From Octopus sinensis (lineage: Eukaryota): a DNA stretch of 64,000 nt. Below the pieces are notes generated by a model. That model worked only from the letters and a program-made list of their open reading frames with translations. It ran no database searches and was not told the origin of the DNA. The number at the start of each line of letters is the position of its first letter. The stretch's first letter is position 1. The translations under genes were made by a program, and so were the position numbers. Shown piece by piece: positions 55,978 to 64,000 of the stretch. Location of the stretch: the NCBI RefSeq assembly GCF_006345805.1, contig NC_043004.1, forward strand, positions 13,454,001 to 13,518,000, written 5' to 3'.

Positions 55978-56359
55978 TATATTTAAGTATCTTGTGTATA
56001 TTTGTATGTATATAAATGATTGTGTGCGTGTGTGCACACAATATATATATGTGTGTTTGTGTGTGTGAGTGTGTATGTATGCATGTAAGAAAGGAAAATT
56101 GTAGTCGGGGGCTAAACATGAACAAGGGAGAGAATAAAACCCACAGTTCTGAAAATCTGCTGAATCATCCATGCTCGGAATTTATCGGATGCAGCTTTAC
56201 AGCATTAACCATGTAGATCGGATGTCGTCTTGGCTTCAAAAATCGTAGTAGAGTCCGTTCGAACGGACAGCCATGGTAAAGTGGCAACGAATATTACTCG
56301 TCAGTACAACTACTGCGCTGATCTCTTTTAGAGATTTTATATCTCACATGTTTTTCTAG

Positions 56360-56456
<97 letters not shown>

Positions 56457-56555
56457 CTGTGTGTGTCTGTGTATACAAGGAAAGAAATAAATGGAAAAAC
56501 ACAGAAGATTGTTTTATGAGATTATATATATTACATATATATTAATATACAAACG

Positions 56556-56594
<39 letters not shown>

Positions 56595-56878
56595 GCACAT
56601 ATGTATATATATATATATATATACTGGTATATGAAGTGTTGTGAATTTATGGAAAGAAATCCGATAAAACACAACAATTGTGTTTAAAATGGAGACGAGA
56701 AGATATCAACTTCTCTTCTCCACATCATGTACAAGTATTATTTTCATATTTGCAAATTTATGCCTGTAAATTACGGGCAAAATAGGAAGAACCTTTTTAG
56801 AAACCTCCAAATTAAAGATCGAATCTAATTCAACCATTTTACACATATATTTCACTATAGTACTATTACGTATCATTA

Positions 56879-57025
56879 GTGTGGTAAGTAGCTTGCTTAC
56901 CAACCACATAGTTCCGGTTTCAGTCCCACTGCGTGGCACCTTGGGCAAGTGTCTTCTACTATAGCCTCGGGCCGACCAAAGCCTACTGAGTGGATTTGGT
57001 AGACGGAAACTGAAAGATGCCCGTC

Positions 57026-57059
<34 letters not shown>

Positions 57060-57252
57060 GTTTGTCCCCCACAGTATCGCTTGACAACCGATGCTGGTGT
57101 GTTTACGTTCCCGTAACTTTGGCAAAAGAGGCCGAAATAATAAGTACTAGGCTTACAAAGAATAAGTCCTGGGGTCGATTTGCTCGACTAAAGGCGGTGC
57201 TCCAGCATGGCCGCTTTCAAATGACTGAAACAAGTAAAAGGGTAAAAGAGAG
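56879..57252 (+). mobile_element. SINE family A, near full length
   Basis: A-box-like gtgtggtaag, B-box-like ggtttcagtccc, CORE-like accttgggcaagtgtctt, and the same 3' half. Confidence 0.9.
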
Positions 57253-57597
57253 TATATTTGAAAGCATGAGTGTATATATATATTGGTACTGCCCAGGTGT
57301 TAAAATCACTGTGATATTCGTCCGTTGATGGGAATATGCATTACTTATGCTTGTTTCTGAATATCTCATACTCTCGTTATTCTCAGTTGTCAATTCTTTT
57401 AAAGTCCAAAGTGATTGTGGATTCATAGTTTGTGAGGATCACTTGCTTTGCTTTGGTTCTAGGAAGCTAGTTTCCCGCTACACAGTCACGTTGCGTCTAT
57501 ATATATATATATTATATATATATATATAGTATATATATATATATATGATTTTGATTCTGATTTTTCCAGTTTCAGCTAATGAGCTGTGGCCATGCTG

Positions 57598-57647
<50 letters not shown>

Positions 57648-57663
57648 TTAGATATAGATATAG

Positions 57664-57728
<65 letters not shown>

Positions 57729-57839
57729 ACAATTATATATACATATACATAAATATGTGTGTGTGGGTGGGTGTGGTTATTGGAATCTATATGTATATCA
57801 TTCTGCTTAAATAATGGATCTAAAATACAATATCCCTGC

Positions 57840-58030
57840 ATATCTCACATTTATTTTCATTCCTCCACCTCACTCTCTATTTTGTATCTTATCTAAATTA
57901 ACTATAACTAAACCATCTTCTCACATCGTCTCCGGTGAAGGGATTTAATAAATATCCTGGAAACAGCTGTAAGATCTATTTATAAATGTTCTAAAATCTA
58001 CACAACCTTGGTGTTTTATCTCATTACGAA
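57840..58030 (+). repeat. Unfolded copy of the hammerhead-bearing repeat whose 3' end forms the 4862-5080 palindrome; HHR motif at 57928-57975
   Basis: gtct-CCGGTGA-A-GGGAT ttaataa atATCCTG-GAAAC AGCT GTA-agat, followed by ttataaatgt.ct.aaa...ttatctcatt as in 5020-5070. Confidence 0.7.
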
Positions 58031-58194
58031 ATAAAAATTACATATATATATATAGATATATATATCGATTAGTTTCAGCTCAAAACTTTGGCCATGCTGG
58101 GGCACCACTCTTTTGCTACGCTCTTATTATTGAGAGCCTCTTCTCATATGTGGCATTTGGTAAGTAAGGGCGTTTCATGTCGCTACGCTCATTT

Positions 58195-58520
58195 TCACCT
58201 TCTCATTTCTTTATTGCCCCGCACAACATCACTGGAGTTCTGTATTTTTTGCGAGACATTCACATCGTCTGCGTAGCTAGCAAAGGTGGGTATCCGGGCA
58301 GGTGAGGGCATATCAGAGAGGGCCACTATGAAAAGCAGTGGTTCTAGACAGTGCTTTATAGAACACCACTCGCTATTTGTATTTTCTATGAGGTGGCTCC
58401 ATTGACCACTACTGCCTGACTTCGATCTTTCAGAAAGTCTTGTAGCCACACTCCAAGTTTTTCAGCTATGCCAGGATCACGCAGAGTATGGCATATCATA
58501 CATGAACCACTTTATCAAAA
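58195..58520 (-). mobile_element. Decayed CR1/L2/Jockey-group LINE RT fragment
   Basis: LEPLLFIVALSDMP...FASYADDVNVSQKIQN (YADD motif). Confidence 0.75.
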
Positions 58521-58698
58521 GCTTTTGCAAAGTCAAGCTATATTACATCTAAATTTAAGAGGCTTCAACACCCAGTCATAGTACTGTAGGAGCTGGGTCG
58601 GGCAGCTCCTACCTGGTTATCACTCAGTAAATCGTTTTCTTCAAGGAATGCAATTAGTTTCTATCCGTTCAATAACTTTGCTAATGAGAGAGATAGGC

Positions 58699-58977
58699 CT
58701 ATAAGTTTTGGCATCTGCTCTGATTCCTCCTTAATGAATTGGACATAATATTCCTTGGGAGCCTGCCATTTGCAAGAAAACTCATTTTATTTTTTAGGTT
58801 TACACCGATAGCCTTTCCCTCTGCAAGCTCAATATTAAACAGCTGTCTGAATGTGCGTCCATCCGCCTTTCGAACAATATAGCCACACCATCTCATTTGA
58901 TTTTTCACAATCATTGCTTTAATTGAGGTGATGCCTGCAGACACAAAAGCAACTGTGTTGGAGTAAAAGAACTCCAT
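58699..58977 (-). mobile_element. Decayed RTE-clade LINE C-terminal fragment
   Basis: GITSIKAMIVKNQMRWCGYIVRKADGRTFRQLFNIELAEGK resembles the RTE 'LRWxGHxxRM..R.PK..FYGEL..GKR' end. Confidence 0.7.
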
Positions 58978-59283
58978 TTAATGTTTAAAATGGATGAAGG
59001 CATTTTTAGTGAAATTTTTCTAACAAATTGAAATGTCTTTCATAACGTGTCTATGCTTCAGAAGAATACAACAGCGATGGTAAGACAAATAATTTATAAA
59101 GAGCCAGTTTTGTATTGTTATTTATATATTGCTATTTATATATAACGCGTGACTGCAACCCACCAAATTCTTGTGTTGCCCTTTGAATTCGCAGATATAT
59201 TTGTGCCAAAATTACCATAATTTTGTACAGAGCTTCCAAGGTGGATGAAATAATCAATAACCTCAAGTAGGTTTCCCTAAACA

Positions 59284-59359
<76 letters not shown>

Positions 59360-59571
59360 ATATAATATATATATACATACATACATACAAGCATTTGAAT
59401 CTTCTTTTTCTTATAGCTTAAAAAAATTATAATAGTATATATGAAACTAATACGAGGCTTGTATAAGTTAATCATATTCCATTGACTCGAAGAATATTGA
59501 CAACTGTTTATATTATTGTGCATCTAAAGTAACTCTAAGAATTACTTGCAAATTTTCATATTTTTCGATGC

Positions 59572-59662
59572 TATTATTATTATTATTAAAGTCACTGCCT
59601 GGAATCAAACTCGGAATCTCCGGACTAGTGGCCTGGGCCCTTAACCACTACACCGTATGACT
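59572..59662 (-). mobile_element. Short tRNA-like SINE with (AAT)n tail
   Basis: Minus strand: ggtgtagtggttaagg (A box) ... gagtttgattcc (B box) aggcagtgact ttaataataataataat. Confidence 0.65.
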
Positions 59663-60312
59663 GTGTGCGGCTATGCAGTGAATTTTAGGGCTTATAAATC
59701 TAATATACGAAACCTAAAAGAAACAGCACATATGCTAGGACACAACAATCTCACGTTTGTATATTTTTCTCTGTTTCTAAGAAATATAACTGGTATATTA
59801 TCTTTCTTCTGTGATATTCTGATTCATCTGCTAAACGGCAATGGAATTTAAGGAATTTAAATCTTACAGTAATACAAATGTCTGACTCGTTAATTTGATA
59901 AGTTTTTCTGATCATTACTGATGCTGCCACTGTATAGAAGAATTTTAAGTCCGAAACGAATTTTTTGCTATCATTCCTTTTAGCCACTCTATATTAAAAA
60001 AAAAGGGGGGAATAAATTCTTAATTATATCTGGCATACGTTATAACGGACGTTAAAGGTGAGAGAAAAAATTCTGGTATGTGACTTAGGCAGAGCTGCCA
60101 ATGAAAATGCCAGAAAACAAGATCTTATTCGTAAAGAGGACTCAGAATGAAATGTAAGAAAATCAAATTACTGATGTTAAAAAATTCGAGTGTTAACAGA
60201 AACGTAGTGGATTTTTACTTCTCATGTCGAACGCGTTAAATGTTTATCCTCTTTTTAAATTCGACTTCAAAGAGCAAGCAATTCGTTGTTTTTCTCTATA
60301 TTTTCTATATGC

Positions 60313-60778
60313 AGGTGCAGGCATGGCTGTGGAGTTAAGAAGCTCGGTTTGCAACCAGATGGTTTGGGGTTCAATCTCACTGTGCGGCAGATTGGGTAAC
60401 CGTTGTCTACTATATCCCTGAGTCGACCAACGCATTGTGGGTGAATTTAGGAGATAGAAATTATGTGGAAGCTCGTCGTATATATATATGTGTGTGTATG
60501 TGTGTGCGTGTGTGTTTGCGTGTGTGTTTGTGTGTGTGTGTGTGTGTGTGTTTCTGTGTGTGTGTGTGTGTTTGTGCGCGTTTGCCTCACCCTGCGTGAC
60601 AGCAAGTGTTGGCTTGTTTACGTCTCAGTATAGCAGAGGTTCGGCAAAAGGTAATATAGAATTAGTAGCTGACTTGACAAATATTACGATCAGTTTGATC
60701 GACTTTAAAGAAAATCGTTCAGGACGATGCTCCAGTATGGACGCAGTCCAATGACCGACAGAACTAAAAGTAAAAGAT
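60313..60778 (+). mobile_element. SINE family A, old diverged copy
   Basis: aggtgcaggcatggctgtgg.gttaagaagct...ggttcaatctcactg...gctcgtcgt(TA/TG)n...ggttcggcaaaag...gctccagtatgg. Confidence 0.7.
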
Positions 60779-60849
60779 CGAAAAATAATTCGTTGTTTTC
60801 TTTAAGTTTTTAAATTCTCTTTTAGTCTCTTTGTTTAGAATACGACGCT

Positions 60850-62720
60850 CAAAACTCTCAGTTAATTATTTTCTGAATTCCTACATGGGGTATTCTTAAG
60901 CCTTTCTAATAATAGATTGGTTTGCAAGTAATTCGCATTAGCATGTTTTTTTGACCGGGAGCGTTGTTATTCGTTTTTATTTGAGAGAATATTCTTTCAA
61001 TTTATTCTGACGAGGGTAGTAGCATGGTCGTTAATTTAAAATTGGATAAAATAGTTTTCAATTTTCAAGTCCATTGTTAATATCAGCAGGAATATTTCCT
61101 GTAGAGATTGGTAACTTGTCTGCATTTTACACGATAACCTCAACATCGATCACCAAGATCACTTAGATTGCATTCTGGCACAATGAATGGGAAATCAACA
61201 GCTAATGCAATGACAGACATGGGAGATATGCTAGCATCATTGGCTACTTTGCGCCAAATATCTTTAATTTACCAATGATTCGAAGTTCACAGAATAAAAA
61301 CCTTTTTTTTTAATTTTTCCTTTGTATTTCATTATAAAATTCTACTAGGAATTTCAAACAATCAGTTTTAAATTTTCTATTATTGATTTTGTCTTCAAAT
61401 GTTCACTAATTAAACGTACTGTTGCCTTTCCTTCAAGGTAAACATCATTAATGTTTTTGTAATTACTTCCATTGCTTCGATCAATTTCTGATAATTTATC
61501 GTTCTTCAGTAATTCATCGTTAATAAAGAAAATCAAAAGTTGTCTTTTTTTTTTTCTCTCTCTCTCTCTCTCTCTGTATGTGTGTTCTGATGATGGTAAA
61601 CACAGACGATGCAACCTAAAAGATTAGAACTGAACATTCATTAATTTTACGTTCTGTGATGCGTACTGAAGGAAAAGTGCTTGATTCTATGATGGCTTAA
61701 TTACTTATAAATTCTCCTGGCACCATTACCTTAGCCAACTTAATAATGAAATACATTATTCTATCTCTGTTATAATTTCTTGAGTGAGCTGCATGGTCTA
61801 AGGTTAAGTGTGTTGCGGAAAATTTCTCCCGTCTTCTTAAATGAATATGAACACTCGTTGTCTATTTCTGCGGCGCAAATACCTCTATACATACGGGCAG
61901 CTCACAGACGTATACAATAATAAAAGCTGATGGCACCTCATATCTCAAGAATTTGTCGAAGCTAGTTTAGTGTCGACCATATTGAATTTGTTCTTTCACG
62001 TTCAATTATATTTTCTAAAGGAATATTTCTTTCACACGAGTTTAATTTGTCAGTATTATGAAGACAAAGAACTGTTCCATTTACGACAGCTACTGTATCT
62101 AAGAATGCATCACGCATCTACATCATATTTATTTAAACTAATGAGTCCTACCACTAGAGCCGAACTTTGATCTGTCGGTACTTCCATCAATTCATGATAG
62201 AAAATTTTGTTTTCTAACGGAGTTTTGATATAACTCCTTTTCTTGAAAGTTTATTCCGTTCTGAGTGACGTGCCAAAGACTTCTTTTTGTTGGTAATTCT
62301 TCCTCAATCTTACTGTCCGAAAATTTCTTTTATCAACCGTCAGAATGTTACCAACGGTTGCAAAAACAAATATGTTTTAGATGCCAAAAATAAGCAGTTC
62401 ACATTAAATTCGTTCTTTTTCAGTTGACTTCTTTTTCACCATGAGCTGAGAAACATTTCTCCCTAGATTTATCTGCATTAAAACATTTCTTATGTTTCAG
62501 AGATTTTTGTCAAATTGGCACGATGTATTTTAGTATTCAGAGCAATGTAGTAGAATTTAGAATAGCTAGATATGTTTTTATATTTATAATCTTGAAACGA
62601 ATAATTAAATTCAGTAATTTTCAGCCATTTTTGTTGAAAAGCTGCAAAACATTTTTGAAGGGTTTGTTTCCATTTCAGGACCCATTCGTTGCGGATAAAT
62701 GGTATCACAAAAAAAGCAAT
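60850..62720 (-). pseudogene. Heavily decayed hAT-superfamily transposase
   Basis: Ordered remnants: FQQKWLKITEF (N-terminal), SIWSTLN*LRQILEI*GAISFY (TRW-like), NYKNINDVYLEGKAT, and TMLLPSSE*IERIFSQIK (dimerisation-domain-like). Confidence 0.5.
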
Positions 62721-63093
62721 AAGGTTATGGTTACGGAAAGAGGGACCACTGATACACAAGTCACGAAGAACGACAAATACCAACACTGGACTGAGGCTAC
62801 TAGGCGAAAGGAACTAATGGAACTAATGTAGCATAGCACATCCATAAACTCTCTCACAAACATGATTATATGAGTGTTTTTATGCATGTATATGCATATG
62901 AGTACATTCTTAATGTCTAAGTGTAAACATATACGTGTGTGTGAATATATATACAATATATATGTATGTACAGTAGCGAGCAACAAAAATAGAACTATTA
63001 ATATTTTTTTGAATGTCGGAAAAGATAGTAATCGTACAGTTTCGTAAACACGGATAACCATTAGCTAAATTCTGTGAAAAATCTAAGTTTGTA

Positions 63094-63865
63094 CAATGGT
63101 CTTAATAAAAGTTAATCTCACCAACGCTAGTTTCGTCCAAATGTCTCATGTGCAAAATAAGAGAACGATTAGATTTCTTCAGAAGTTTCTAGAATGTTTA
63201 CATTTGCAGACTCAACGTTACTACCGTCTCATTATTGTGCTAGCTTCCGAACATGGCACACCACGCTAAAGTTACTCCCGACCTCCGAAAAGAAATGCTC
63301 AGAATGAAAGTTTCAGGAATGACTCTCCTGGCTATTTCACGAGACGTAGGGGGTCTAAGAGTGTAGTTTCACGTGTTCTTAAGCTCTATGAACAAAATAA
63401 AGGTTTTGAACCAAAAAAGGCAACTGGTAGATCACGCAAAACCACCATCCGAGATGATCGAGCCATGAAACGGTATGTATTGAAGGCGGAGAGCTGGCAG
63501 AAACGTTAGCACGCCGGGCGAAATGCTTAACGGTATTTCGCTTGTCGTTACGTTGTGAGTTCAAATTCCGCCGAGGTTGACTTTGCCTTTCATCCTTTCG
63601 GGGTCGATAAATTAAGTACCAGTTACGCACTGGGGTCGATGTAATCGACTTAATACCTATGTCTGTCCTTGTTTGTCCCCTCTATATTTAGCCCCTTGTG
63701 GGTAATAAAGAAATAGGTATGTATTGAAGGATCCCTTCGAGACTGCGAGTGGAATTCTAAAAAAAATAATAGTAAATAATGCTAGTGCCTCATCGTCTGA
63801 AGGAATTTGGATTAAAGACTTCTTCCTCGGCAACGAAACCTACCATCAGCCAGATGAACAAATTG
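63094..63865 (+). mobile_element. Tc1-like transposon left part (ATG at 63253), interrupted by a SINE
   Basis: MAHHAKVTPDLRKEMLRMKVSGMTLLAISRDV..SKSVVSRVLKLYE...TGRSRKTTIRDDRAMKRYVLK|DPFETAS...HRLKEFGL (paired-like HTH). Confidence 0.75.
63485..63715 (+). mobile_element. SINE family B, full length and young, with perfect 15-bp flanking direct repeat
   Basis: ggtatgtattgaagg at 63472-63486 and 63716-63730. Confidence 0.92.
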
Positions 63866-64000
63866 GGAAGATTTTCATTTGCAGTTAGAGGCTAACCTTA
63901 AGTAACCTAGATTTTGAGTTGGTGATAATAGCACTGACTGCTGCTAATCTACATGTATCAATAATTATTCAATACAACATTAATTATAAAGTCATATCAC

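Overview
AT-rich, repeat-saturated eukaryotic DNA with no confidently recognisable host gene. The repeat repertoire (tRNA-head SINEs, R4/Dong LINEs in (AAT)n arrays, Penelope-like elements, dense TA/CA/TATG/GATA microsatellites) points by inference to a cephalopod, probably Octopus. Almost all ORF-track entries are microsatellite artefacts. Supported content: a Neptune-type Penelope-like (PLE) RT-thumb/GIY-YIG ORF (6.3-7.2 kb), three stacked R4/Dong LINE 3' parts (31.9-38.8 kb), CR1/L2-like and RTE-like RT fragments, mariner, Tc1 and hAT remnants, several MITEs and at least four SINE-like families. The main structure is an ~8.6-kb palindrome (41503-50131) of two head-to-head copies of a 5'-truncated PLE plus ~3.3 kb of microsatellite-rich tail. 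Both outer ends stop 12 nt past the predicted cleavage site of a type I hammerhead ribozyme (HHR) motif. The same 'tails-out fold-back plus hammerhead' layout recurs at ~0.9 kb (11257-12164) and ~0.22 kb (4862-5080). About ten intact or decayed HHR motifs occur in the window, several with an extra A after CUGANGA. All alignments and folds were done by eye, so identities are approximate.
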